NCBI RefSeq assembly: GCF_001194135.2
Contig: NC_068991.1
Span: 57,713,277 to 57,771,451, forward strand
Origin: Octopus bimaculoides
Lineage: Eukaryota
DNA: 58,175 nucleotides
Direction: 5' to 3'
In this document: positions 12,381 to 24,544 of the stretch, in pieces
Layout of the letters: every line of letters begins with the position of its first letter
Numbering within the stretch: the stretch's first letter is position 1
Notes under the pieces: model-generated
Told to the model about the DNA's origin: nothing
What the model saw: only the letters and a program-made list of their open reading frames with translations
The model's database searches: none
Translations under genes and position numbers: made by a program

Positions 12381-13552
12381 AAATCTGAAATACGCATAGA
12401 TTATAATCATTTGCATAATCCGCATAAATATCTATCAGTACTGAACATTGTAGGATTTGATATAGATTAGCAATCGAATTTCATCATTCTGTCTCTCCTT
12501 ATTCTTTTATTCGTTTAGTGTTTTTCAGGATCCATAGAGTGGAATGTTCTGCCTTGCATCGCCGCCGGCAGTTGATTAGTCAATCAATCATACATACAAA
12601 TGTTTGCATTTACGTGCTCGTGTATGTGTATATATCCATGCGTACGTGCGTACGTGTGTATGTATGTGCATGTATGTGTATGTGTGCGTCTGTCTGTATG
12701 ATTGTCGGTGTTTGTATGTGTAAAGCGGTTAGTTTTGTTTGTCAAAATCTAAGCCCGTTCTATCAATCTATCCGAGGCTACTGTTCAAAACGTATGCCTG
12801 TTTTGAAAGCTCACCCGGAGGAATTTCAAGTGAGAGATCTCTGCGCTCCGAGTTCAAATTCGTTCTGACCTGAAAAATATAGTCACAGTCTAAAGCGGAG
12901 TGTTGAAAGAATTTTACCAGACGTCAAACAATGTTTTGCCGTATGTGTTCTGACTGTTTGCATCTGTATTTTGGTGCTCCAGACTCTATCTCTCGTCCGT
13001 TTTTACACCAACTACATTGACTACGTTATGCGGAGTTCCTCCGGAGACAAATATTACGGCCCAGTTACCGTTCTCCGCTTTAAAGATGATTTGTTCTCTT
13101 ACACAAAACAATTCAGATTTTGTTAAAATGCAGGTTCCCGGGAATTACCCACTCCCTAGTTAAACTATGAAACAGTGGAAAAAACGGCTAAACTCTATGT
13201 AAGCGTTGGTGATGGCCACATAAGCTTAATTTGTCGGAGTTTCACATTACATGTTTAATACTGAATAAACAGCTAAAATTGAAATGTATTTGCACACATA
13301 GGATATCAAGAATAGATGGGAAAAGAAAGCGCGGCAATCAATATAGCGTAACACGTGTAGAAAGAAATGCTGCCTTATATCAGAACATGTGCAGAAAGAA
13401 ATGATGCTAAGCATTTAGTACAGCTCTAATGATTCTACCACAGAAATATGAAGGGAGATTCTCCTTGTAACTTGTATGTTTAACTGCGGCCTATTATACA
13501 TCATACAGCAAAAAATGAGAAATTAGAATGACATCAGAAATGATGTGCTTGG

Positions 13553-13790
13553 GAAGCTGCGAAATGTGGTTCTTAAAAGTGATATGGAGGATAGCATGGA
13601 TAGATAAATGAAACAATGATCCGGGTTTGTGTAAATAGGAAACCGTTTCGCGAGATCAGGTCCATGCACCTGAAATTTCATGGTCATGTGATGAGAAAAC
13701 AAGGTATGAAGAATTTAGCGAAAATCGGACCGGAAAGAACACAAGTTGAGGAAGGAGAAGGATGATAATCTTGACTAACTGGTTGGAAGA
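13553..13790 (+). pseudogene. RTE-clade LINE 3' ORF fragment
   Basis: Broken translation EMWFLKVIWRIAWIDK / EIRSMHLKFHGHVMRKQGMKNLAKIG / GRRRMIILTNWLE follows the RTE C-terminal pattern EMWFxRRMLRISW...LKFFGHVMR...RGRQR; stops and frameshifts present. Confidence 0.75.
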
Positions 13791-14402
13791 ATGAAACATT
13801 AAACATCAGGAAATGGAACTTTTCCACATATAACACCTTAAGAAATAAAACAAAATGACGTAGAGTGACAGCCTTAAGAAGGAATACTGTTACCTCTAAT
13901 GAAAGGCAAAGGTGACAGAATTTATAGCAAAATTCATTGAAAAATACATAAAAACAGGTAAAAGGAAATGTGTGTGATTTTGGATATATAGGTTGACAAA
14001 TCTGAGCTAGTTTCTTTCTAATTCACGACGTGTAGTCTTAAAGTGAGTTTACGATCTCGGTTTAAGATATTGCAAGGAAATAAAAACAAATCCTGAGAAT
14101 CAAGATTTAGTTCAATCTTTGTATCAATTGTAAAGTTGAAACAGCTTGAGAGATCCAGATGTTCACAGGCTGCCAGTGATTTTTCTTACAGCGTGGATCG
14201 TAATCATGTCAAAACTTTTTCGTAATTCTTTTATTCTTGGGTATCCTGGTATTTGACAATAGTGTTTAAAGGTGTCATTTGGTATTAGCCGCAAAGCTCC
14301 GATTATCACGTGTACAATTGTCTTTCTTAGATGCTAATTTTTCAGCCTTCTATTTCAAGACATTTACATTAAACAATTTTTTTAATCATTTATGTGTCCT
14401 CG

Positions 14403-14519
14403 TCATTAGACTGAGACCATGCTGGAGCAGTGATTTGAAGAACTTCGCGACCAATGGAATCGACCCCAGTACTTATATTTTTCAAGCCTGGTACCTATTC
14501 TATCGGTCTCTTTTGCCAA
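14403..14519 (-). mobile_element. SINE family C tail fragment
   Basis: CCATGCTGGAGCA...AATCGACCCCAGTACTTAT...GCCTGGTACCTATTCTATCGGTCTCTTTTGCC. Confidence 0.75.
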
Positions 14520-14593
14520 TGTGAATTTTTACATCAGAATCCATTCTATTCGCCTGAATATCTCGAGTAATCTGTATAAAAAGAATTCCGGTC

Positions 14594-14634
14594 TTCTTCG
14601 TCTTCTTCTTCTTCTTCTTCTTCTTCTTCTTCTT

Positions 14635-14665
<31 letters not shown>

Positions 14666-14690
14666 TTATTATTATTATTANNNNNNNNNN

Positions 14691-14741
<51 letters not shown>

Positions 14742-14744
14742 TTA

Positions 14745-14781
<37 letters not shown>
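14594..14781. repeat. (CTT)n-(TTA)n-gap-(AAT)n-(ATT)n compound microsatellite
   Basis: Seen directly. Confidence 0.95.
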
Positions 14782-14782
<1 letters not shown>

Positions 14783-15180
14783 ATAAACAAATAGGTAAAC
14801 AAGAAAAGAATAGAATTTGAATTGTATTTCTAATTGTTTTAGTCTGGATATCGTTTCATTGTAGTGATTGTGTTACGAAGAAAATTGACGCTGGTTTATA
14901 TGCGTAAATGTCAATTAAATCTCCATGATTCATTTAGTATTTGACTTGGGCGAACTCTCGCATGTAGGCTCCACTGATGACTACTGTCCAACATACACAC
15001 TCATCATCGTTATTATTTTTCGTTATTTATTTTTGCCTGATGCTGTTGGTGGTGGTGTTATTGTTGTTCTGGTGATGGTTATTACTCGTCTTTGTATTAT
15101 GGAAACTCTATATTGAAAGAAATACGACGAAGTGCGAGTGAGAAAAGAAGAAAGTGTGAGAGAAAGACAGAGAGAGAACG

Positions 15181-15258
<78 letters not shown>

Positions 15259-15699
15259 ATGAAAGACAGTCATATATTAAACTCATACATCATACTAACT
15301 GCTGAGATTATATACTGAATACTTATCAATTTTCTATTTCACACGCTCATTCACTTAGTATTTCTGTCACATAAACGCACACGTTACTCACGAACACTCG
15401 CTACTTCAATCACGTATATATGTACAGCCACACGCAACCATACATGCAAATAAACACCAACACACATATGTCCGTGTATATATATATATACGCAAACATG
15501 GACGACTTATTAAAGCAATGTCGTGGAAAAAGCTCTCTTCAACGCGTCGTCTTCTCAAATAAATGGAAGCAGTTGTCAACGTCACCACCAAATCATCTGC
15601 CAGAGCTAACCGTTTCGATCACATCTACAATTACAGCACTTTCTTCTTCCCAATTCTTCATAATATACACACCTCTTATTTTCAAATGGCACCTTCAGT

Positions 15700-15775
<76 letters not shown>

Positions 15776-15962
15776 TCATCTCCCTACTTTTGCTTCCTTT
15801 ACTTTGTCTCTTTGTCTCCCTGTATATATTCATGCACGTACATACACATACACGCATATATGTGCTGTATTCTCTCTTTCTCAATGGATTTATCTCTGTT
15901 CCCCTTCCAATACAATTCGTATGTATATACACATCTATATATCTATGCATGCAGGTTTCTAC

Positions 15963-16012
<50 letters not shown>

Positions 16013-16108
16013 GTGTGTATCTGTCTGTCTGTCTGATTGTCTGTCCGTCCGTCCGTCCGTCCGTCCGTCCGTCCGTCCGTCCGTCCATCCTTCCATCCAT
16101 CCATCCAG

Positions 16109-16152
<44 letters not shown>

Positions 16153-16159
16153 GGATATA

Positions 16160-16248
<89 letters not shown>

Positions 16249-16330
16249 GTCTATCTACCTATCTCACTATCCATCCGTCTATTCATCCATTTCTTCCCCT
16301 ACCTATCTTTCGTTATATCCATCTATTACA
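15700..16330. repeat. Compound (CT)n / (TCTA)n / (TCTG)n / (TCCG)n / (TCCA)n array
   Basis: Seen directly. Confidence 0.95.
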
Positions 16331-16831
16331 TCCATTTATTCACTCAACACCAAACACACACACACATAAAAGCACAGTCACACATACAAACACACAGCAT
16401 TCTCACATAAACTACTTCCGCCATTAAACTTGTCATGACTACTGTAAACTACAATTTAAACGGCCATACTTTATAGATCTTCATATCTTAATCTACTGTT
16501 GTTATCGGAATAAGTTCGTTCAAGAACGAAAGTGAAGAATGCATACAGCAATTCCAATCTTCTTTTGATTTTAACACGCTGTCTTCCGTTACCATTTGAC
16601 AATATCCATCAGCAAGCACTTCTATTCACATTCTCCTTCTAGTAATTTTGAGAGAAATTATCAATTACTCTTCGTGATATTGTTAGTTATTAAACACTAC
16701 ACTAGAAAGGCGTCATTTCACAATTGAAGATGGGAAATCGATTAATTAAAGTCACATATTACATCGTTCTTAAGTGCATTGGATAGCATAGTCGGTAGAG
16801 AGTCGGGCAACGACACTTCATGCTATATATA

Positions 16832-17800
16832 CTAGCTCATCCTATAAATAATGCGGTTTTTTCATGAACTCAAAGTCGGAGAGAGACAGGATAAACTATC
16901 TGCATCAACTTGCCGTTAAAGCAGGTGGTAATTTTACCTTGTCCTTATTCTTAGTGCAAGATTTGAAACGTGCAGTTCGATTTTCACAGTTATTTTTGCA
17001 AAGCTATAATGGAAGGAACACAGGAGGGTATTCGGCATAGTTTACTTCATGAGTTCAATAGTGGTAACAATACAACGGAAAGTGCGAGGAATAATCATGC
17101 AGTATATGGGGACCGGACAATAAGCGTAAGCCAGTGCCAACGGTGGTTCCAGAAATTCCGAGCCGGAAACTACAGCCTAGAAGACGAGTCTCATGCTGGA
17201 AGATCTGTAGAGCTCGACGTGGACATTCTGTAAACCTTGGTTACAAAAAATCCCATCTTAACTGTTGAGAAACTAGAAGAGAAGCTTCGATTTGGTCGTT
17301 CAACCATTCATCGACACCTGCGTGTCGTCGGAAAGGTCAGCAAATTGGGTCAATGGGTCCCTCACCAAACTTCTGAGTCTAATCGCACGCAGATAGTGAA
17401 TGTGTGCTATTCTTTACTGTCACGCCTCACAAATGAACCCTTTTTGGACCGAATAGTGAATGGTGACGAGGAATGGGTTCTCTATAAAAATATCATGCGC
17501 CGAAGATATTGAGTAAGGAAAGGAGAAATACCGGCACCTCAGGCAAAAGAAGGTCTTCATCTACGTAAAGTATTGTTATCTGTTGTGTCGGTTATTAAAG
17601 GTTTAGTCCAATTTGAACTTTTAAACCCAGACCAAACGATAGCAAAGGAGAGCGGCTTAGGTCAGCGCTAGAAGAAAAACGGCCGCCTTTGGTTTCAAGG
17701 TGAAAGGTGTTCTTCCATCAGGATAATGATCAGCTACATACAGCGAAGATTACATTTCAAAGGCTGGAGCAATTTGAATGGAAAACGATGCCCCACCTAC
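16832..17800 (+). mobile_element. Mariner (Tc1/mariner) transposon, 3'-truncated
   Basis: TA then left TIR-like CTAGCTCATCCTATAAATAATGCGGTTTT at 16832; transposase remnant follows; no right TIR found. Confidence 0.85.
17009..17800 (+). pseudogene. Mariner transposase pseudogene
   Basis: MEGTQEGIRHSLLHEFNSGNN...QRWFQKFRAGNYSLEDE (HTH), KLGQWVPHQ (WVPHEL motif), FLDRIVNGDEEW (D1), FHQDN (D2); stops at 17231 and 17510; ends at MPHLP before YSPDLAPSD, so D3 is lost. Confidence 0.92.
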
Positions 17801-18136
17801 CGCTGATTAGCCTGTTATTACGTAACATGCTTCACAATTTCAGTATACGTACCTTATTAATATTTACCCTATGTTCTGTATACTCTGGGAACGCATTAAA
17901 GCCCTTTTCCAGGCTACTTTATTTCAATACTTACTATCGGATATATAATTTCATGTTATTACATAACTGACTTCACAATTTCGGAATTCATAACTTAATG
18001 GGAATCCCTAAAAACAAGATCCTGAGTAAGACAGTTAGGTATTCTATGTAAATGCACATAAGGGCTACATACTTTGTATTGTTGTTATTTGATTATCGAA
18101 ACAATTATGAGAACGGAAGCAAGGTATAAGCTCCAC

Positions 18137-18167
18137 GTTCCCGGGAATTACCGGGTACGTCAGCTAG
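18137..18167 (+). mobile_element. Helitron-like 3' terminus (hairpin plus CTAG)
   Basis: GTTCCCGG-GAATTA-CCGGGTAC stem-loop, then GTCAG-CTAG followed by T; no 5' end or Rep/helicase seen. Confidence 0.45.
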
Positions 18168-18228
18168 TATATACATATGTATATGTGTATGTGTGTGTGT
18201 GAGGACATGCAATTATTTGCATATATGC

Positions 18229-18267
<39 letters not shown>

Positions 18268-19519
18268 GATAGATAGATACATATACATATACATATATAT
18301 ATTATATGTGTGTGTGTTTGTGTGTGTATGCGCGTGGACATGGATATATTTATTCTATCTATTCGTAATATCTCTTTCACTTTCTTTCTCTCTCAGTATA
18401 TATATATATATTCTCTTATTTAAAATATATTACTCCTGTGTAAAATATAATACACTCATACATTCATGCGTATCTGATATTTGATGTATTTGTCTAGCAC
18501 ATTCAATCTGCTGTATTCATCCAGTCAACCAACGAAAAGTTTACATGCCTGTATGCGTATATATGTGAGTGTATGTGTGTGTATGTAAATGTTCCTGTAT
18601 ATGCATATGCCTTTGATACATATACTCATGAACATTTCTACACATGCTTACTTCTACCATACTAAATGTTACTGTTACTGCATATTTAAAACATACATAT
18701 CGAAACATCTTCATATTGAACGGTTAAACTAAAATATCGATTAAACACCGGAAGAATTCTGGTAACATTTATATGTCACCAGCACCAGTTTATTGTGTAA
18801 ACGAATATAGAATATACTGAAAAACATATTTGTTAATTACCATTAAAACGTACTGTGTCATTAAGAGTTGTATCTAATGTTATAGCGAGATTACGTAATG
18901 CCATCTAGCAAAGCATATTAAGATTCAATATGATAGAAGATCGAAAGCTTAATGCGTCTAAATAACGATGAAAAAATAGTAATTGTAGCTTATATATTAA
19001 TTTTTAAAATGTTTGCAGCATTTCCGTATGTGTCAAATGGAAATATACTATTAAACAGTGACTGTTACTAATAGAATATATGTAACTATTGCATCTCTTC
19101 TGTGATACAATAAGAGGAGAGAACATCCAGTCAACACACGCATGCCCACATGTACTTATAAGCATGCAAATGTTTTTTGTGCGCGTGTGAGTATACATGA
19201 ATATGTGTCTGTTTGCGTGCGTGTGTTTGTCTGTGTGCGTATGCATGTATTTTTGCGTGTATGCATAGACACATGCATACGCACACAAAGCTCTCTCCAT
19301 ATGTATATATACCCTCTCTCTATATATATGTATATTTATATGCCTATATATGCCTATATATATATGTATATACGTGCATCAATTTACAAAGGTACCGTTA
19401 ATTCTATATTACCCAATGTCACTAATTTAAGAATGATAATAACAGAATCAACGATGCATGCGACTTCAGGCCAAAAATGGCATTTAGATAGCCGAGGGAT
19501 TATAAGTAATCAAATGACA

Positions 19520-19612
19520 TATTATTATTATTATTATTATTCAGGTCACTGCCTGGAATCAAACTCGGAATCTTGGGGTTAGTAGCCCACGCTCTTAGCC
19601 CCAAGGCAGTGA

Positions 19613-19659
<47 letters not shown>

Positions 19660-19661
19660 TA
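19520..19661. mobile_element. Short tRNA-like SINE (family D) in head-to-head foldback, with (AAT)n tails
   Basis: Minus strand reads AAGAGCGTGGGCTACTAACCCCAAGATTCCGAGTTTGATTCCAGGCAGTGACCTGA(ATA)n; plus strand carries the deleted copy CCCCAAGGCAGTGACCTGA(ATA)n. Confidence 0.65.
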
Positions 19662-20347
19662 NNNNNNNNNNNNNNNNNNNNNNNNNNNNNNNNNNNNNNN
19701 NNNNNNNNNNNNNNNNNNNNNNNNNNNNNNNNNNNNNNNNNNNNNNNNNNNNNNNNNNNNNNNNNNNNNNNNNNNNNNNNNNNNNNNNNNNNNNNNNNNN
19801 NNNNNNNNNNNNNNNNNNNNNNNNNNNNNNNNNNNNNNNNNNNNNNNNNNNNNNNNNNNNNNNNNNNNNNNNNNNNNNNNNNNNNNNNNNNNNNNNNNNN
19901 NNNNNNNNNNNNNNNNNNNNNNNNNNNNNNNNNNNNNNNNNNNNNNNNNNNNNNNNNNNNNNNNNNNNNNNNNNNNNNNNNNNNNNNNNNNNNNNNNNNN
20001 NNNNNNNNNNNNNNNNNNNNNNNNNNNNNNNNNNNNNNNNNNNNNNNNNNNNNNNNNNNNNNNNNNNNNNNNNNNNNNNNNNNNNNNNNNNNNNNNNNNN
20101 NNNNNNNNNNNNNNNNNNNNNNNNNNNNNNNNNNNNNNNNNNNNNNNNNNNNNNNNNNNNNNNNNNNNNNNNNNNNNNNNNNNNNNNNNNNNNNNNNNNN
20201 NNNNNNNNNNNNNNNNNNNNNNNNNNNNNNNNNNNNNNNNNNNNNNNNNNNNNNNNNNNNNNNNNNNNNNNNNNNNNNNNNNNNNNNNNNNNNNNNNNNN
20301 NNNNNNNNNNNNNNNNNNNNNNNNNNNNNNNNNNNNNNNNTGTGTGT

Positions 20348-20394
<47 letters not shown>

Positions 20395-20855
20395 ACATTG
20401 TGACAATTATTCGGTAGCCATGACAAAACTCCGAATTTCGGATGTCGGTGCGGATACCCATGCTGCCATCTCTTCAATTATCTGGTTATCGAAAATTGCT
20501 ATGAAAATGACCGTTGAACAAAGGGAAATTACTGTGTGATTGACCGTTATTAAGACAAAAGAGCTATTAGAATGACGGCTAAGTGAGGAGAGGGAGTAAA
20601 GTTAAGGGAGTAAAAATGTCCATAGTATTCGCGTAAGCGCATCAGTCCAGATATGCACATGGGTGCCGCAATCCCACGTACATGTGCCTATATGTATATA
20701 CTCATCCACCCTCACTTGAAACACACATACACACCCACACATTCGCCAAAAACGTATATATACCGGCATATATGCTCACACACACACGCGTGCGCGCAAC
20801 ACGCTCGCACACATGCACATGCGCGCAAAAAAGGTTGTTTTACCTTTTCTATAAA

Positions 20856-20902
<47 letters not shown>

Positions 20903-20966
20903 GCGAGTAAAAATAAATACAAAAAAGGTGGGTTTTTTTGTATGATTGTGTATAGAGGAATATATT

Positions 20967-21198
20967 ATTTTGCTTAAAAGAGTTCCAACACTGTCTGTTT
21001 TTTATGTTTTATTTATATTCCTGCAGAACTAATGTGGGGTATAGAATATGGAATATACAATATATAATATGATATACAATATACAATATAAAATAAAATA
21101 AAATCAAAATGGATGGCACCATGAAAGAAAGTATTGAATGTAGATGAAATATTGAGTGTTCAATATAAAGGATCAAATATATAAATATATAAATATAA
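20967..21198 (+). repeat. AT-rich ~210-230 bp dispersed repeat, copy 1 (others at 25181-25340 and 27200-27408)
   Basis: ATTTTGCTTAAAAGAGTTCCAACACTGTCTGTTTTTTATG...GTGGGGTATAGAATATGG is near-identical to 27200 and diverged at 25181; runs into a gap. Confidence 0.9.
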
Positions 21199-22370
21199 NN
21201 NNNNNNNNNNNNNNNNNNNNNNNNNNNNNNNNNNNNNNNNNNNNNNNNNNNNNNNNNNNNNNNNNNNNNNNNNNNNNNNNNNNNNNNNNNNNNNNNNNNN
21301 NNNNNNNNNNNNNNNNNNNNNNNNNNNNNNNNNNNNNNNNNNNNNNNNNNNNNNNNNNNNNNNNNNNNNNNNNNNNNNNNNNNNNNNNNNNNNNNNNNNN
21401 NNNNNNNNNNNNNNNNNNNNNNNNNNNNNNNNNNNNNNNNNNNNNNNNNNNNNNNNNNNNNNNNNNNNNNNNNNNNNNNNNNNNNNNNNNNNNNNNNNNN
21501 NNNNNNNNNNNNNNNNNNNNNNNNNNNNNNNNNNNNNNNNNNNNNNNNNNNNNNNNNNNNNNNNNNNNNNNNNNNNNNNNNNNNNNNNNNNNNNNNNNNN
21601 NNNNNNNNNNNNNNNNNNNNNNNNNNNNNNNNNNNNNNNNNNNNNNNNNNNNNNNNNNNNNNNNNNNNNNNNNNNNNNNNNNNNNNNNNNNNNNNNNNNN
21701 NNNNNNNNNNNNNNNNNNNNNNNNNNNNNNNNNNNNNNNNNNNNNNNNNNNNNNNNNNNNNNNNNNNNNNNNNNNNNNNNNNNNNNNNNNNNNNNNNNNN
21801 NNNNNNNNNNNNNNNNNNNNNNNNNNNNNNNNNNNNNNNNNNNNNNNNNNNNNNNNNNNNNNNNNNNNNNNNNNNNNNNNNNNNNNNNNNNNNNNNNNNN
21901 NNNNNNNNNNNNNNNNNNNNNNNNNNNNNNNNNNNNNNNNNNNNNNNNNNNNNNNNNNNNNNNNNNNNNNNNNNNNNNNNNNNNNNNNNNNNNNNNNNNN
22001 NNNNNNNNNNNNNNNNNNNNNNNNNNNNNNNNNNNNNNNNNNNNNNNNNNNNNNNNNNNNNNNNNNNNNNNNNNNNNNNNNNNNNNNNNNNNNNNNNNNN
22101 NNNNNNNNNNNNNNNNNNNNNNNNNNNNNNNNNNNNNNNNNNNNNNNNNNNNATATATATATATATTTGCATGTACGCGGAGATTATATCGATTCCAAAA
22201 TAAAGATGTGAAATGGTCACACCCCATGGTAATAAAGTTCTACTAAGAATTTTTTTCTATTCCTTCGCCACTTTTGTTTTTAGCAGTGATATTAGCCAAT
22301 GTAGACTGGTATAATGCGAGTTGAATACTCTCATTGTATTTTACTTCATGGATTGCTTAATCGAATCCAG

Positions 22371-22669
22371 TGAAGTCGTGTGGCTTAGTGGTTAGTGTAT
22401 TCGGCTCACAATCATTAAGTCGTGATTTCGATTCCCGGTTGTGCGTTATGTCCTTGAATAAGGCATTTTATTTCATGTTGCTCCTGTTCACTCGACAGGC
22501 AGTAATGTGTTGCACCTGTAATTCAAAGGACCAGCCTTGTCATATTCTCACTGAGAACTATGTTAATGGAACGTGTGTCAATGGAGTGCTCAACCACTTG
22601 TTAATTTCATGATCAGACTGCTCCGTTAATCGGATCAACTCGAACCCTCGTCGTCGTAACCGACGGAGT
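22371..22669 (+). mobile_element. tRNA-derived SINE family B, full length
   Basis: TGGCTTAGTGGTTAG (A box), GGCTCACAATC, TTCGATTCCC (B box), TGTCCTTGAATAAGGCA, body homologous to 36290-36572 on the minus strand. Confidence 0.85.
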
Positions 22670-23391
22670 AAGGGTTAACGGAATACAGTTACGGCAGGAA
22701 CTTATTATGGTTGATAATATGATACCTGGAAAAAAATTCAAGAATTACTTTCGGGGGACAGCGATGAATATTCTATGTCTTGTCGACTTACTACATATAG
22801 AATATTTCCACTCAAATGAAAACATAGTATTTGAAAAATATAATACGACCATTTCCACAAAATCCTCACAGACGATGTCTGATTAAAATTGTAAGATGGT
22901 TTGATGAATCAATGTAGAATTAACGGTTAATAAGACTCCACAAATTCATTAACGAAATGATCCATTGACGTAAATTTTCTTCGCCGTTCGGAGTGTTTGC
23001 AGAATGTAAACTAAAATACATCAGATATATAAACTACACTCACCATTATAGTCAGAAACTCAACTCATTATGTTTGTGTGCGTTATAGTGGTTATATTCA
23101 TATAGTTCTGAAGATTGTTTATGCAGGATATAGAGCTGGAAATTGTCCATGGAACATAATTAGTCTATATTATTTTATTTACATATATCCAAATCGATAC
23201 ATTTAATTTTGGTAAGTGTGAAGAGATATTACATTATACGCACACACGAACGCACATATACTGCATGTATGTATGTATGTGCGAGCGTGCGCACACATTG
23301 ATGTTTGCTGTTTTCATGTCAAGTTATAAATGAAAAGCTGAAGGCGAGCACGCCGAAATGTCGACGACAGTGTCTCAATTTACTTAGTAAA

Positions 23392-23433
<42 letters not shown>

Positions 23434-23615
23434 TACATATATTCTTTTATTCTTTTATATGTTTCAGCTCCAAGGCTGCGGCCACGCTGGTGTACCACCA
23501 GTGTAATCACCCCTTTAATGGTCAGTTCTAGGGAATTGGCTTTTAGTGGCGGTAGTTCGAAACCACAGCCCATTTTTGAGTTCTCACCTTTCATCTTGGA
23601 CATTGGATAGCAGGA

Positions 23616-23970
23616 GAACTCTGCAAACATACATACACACACAAACACTCACACACGCACACACACGCGTGCGCGCACACACACACACTGAAAATAATTC
23701 CCTAAACACAAATACGTCACGTGTTTATTTCATTCATTTTCCTAATTTATTTCACTTTCTCAGTCAATTATCTCCCGGCTACTTCAATTCTTCAATTCTG
23801 TTCATTTTTCTGTAAACATCATTTTCCTCGATTTCATTACTTTTCTTCTTTTCTTTCTATTGCCTACTTGGATCAATATCTTTATTTTCTTCATAATTCT
23901 GTTGTCAATCTTCTTGTTATTATATTCAGTTATCTCATTTTTATTTACCTATTGTATATTTTATAGTGTT
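23616..23970 (+). repeat. 355-bp direct duplication, copy 1 (copy 2 at 24545-24900)
   Basis: GAACTCTGCAAACATAC...TTATAGTGTT repeated with scattered substitutions (above 90% identical by eye). Confidence 0.95.
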
Positions 23971-24392
23971 ACCACCCACTCCATGAAAATCCTTCTGATG
24001 TTTTAGCAAGCAGTTAAAAAGCTGCAGGTTCTTGAATGACAAGCTATTGCAGTACATGGTCTTCAGTCTAGACGGGACAGTATATATATATACATTAATA
24101 TTTCTAAGTCTCTCTAAACGAGACTACGGCAGCGGTACTGGATATATTTGGGACTGCCATGTTGACTTGGCGATAATTATTAATATGTATATATATATAC
24201 ATTAATATTTCTNNNNNNNNNNNNNNNNNNNNNNNNNNNNNNNNNNNNNNNNNNNNNNNNNNNNNNNNNNNNNNNNNNNNNNNNNNNNNNNNNNNNNNNN
24301 NNNNNNNNNNNNNTATATATATATATATGTATGTATGTATGTATATATACATACACACACATATACATTCACAGATCAATGGCTCTTGCATA

Positions 24393-24517
24393 CGGGGGCG
24401 GGGTATGAAAAGTTCTGACCCTTCAAGACCCTTCAGCCTTGAAGTATGGTACTTTCATTAGAAGTCTTGTACCATGTTTTGCTTTTTTTGAGGCTCAAGA
24501 TTTTCATACACCTCTCG
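24393..24517. mobile_element. 125-bp Tc1/mariner-type MITE
   Basis: TA TSD at 24391-92 and 24518-19; TIRs CGGGGGCGGGGTATGAAAAGTTCTGACC and GGCTCAAGATTTTCATACACCTCTCG (reverse complement CGAGAGGTGTATGAAAATCTTGAGCC). Confidence 0.75.
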
Positions 24518-24544
24518 TATATCCTGTACACAGAATTTAACGTC

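Noticed and set aside
15420-16427. 335-aa ORF, the longest gap-free ORF in the track
   Set aside because: Mostly (CT)n and tetranucleotide repeats, which lack stops by construction; the unique 5' part has no recognisable motif.
24081-24212. 25-bp direct repeat TATATATATATACATTAATATTTCT 107 bp apart
   Set aside because: Low complexity, and the second copy sits at a contig edge, so an assembly effect is likely.
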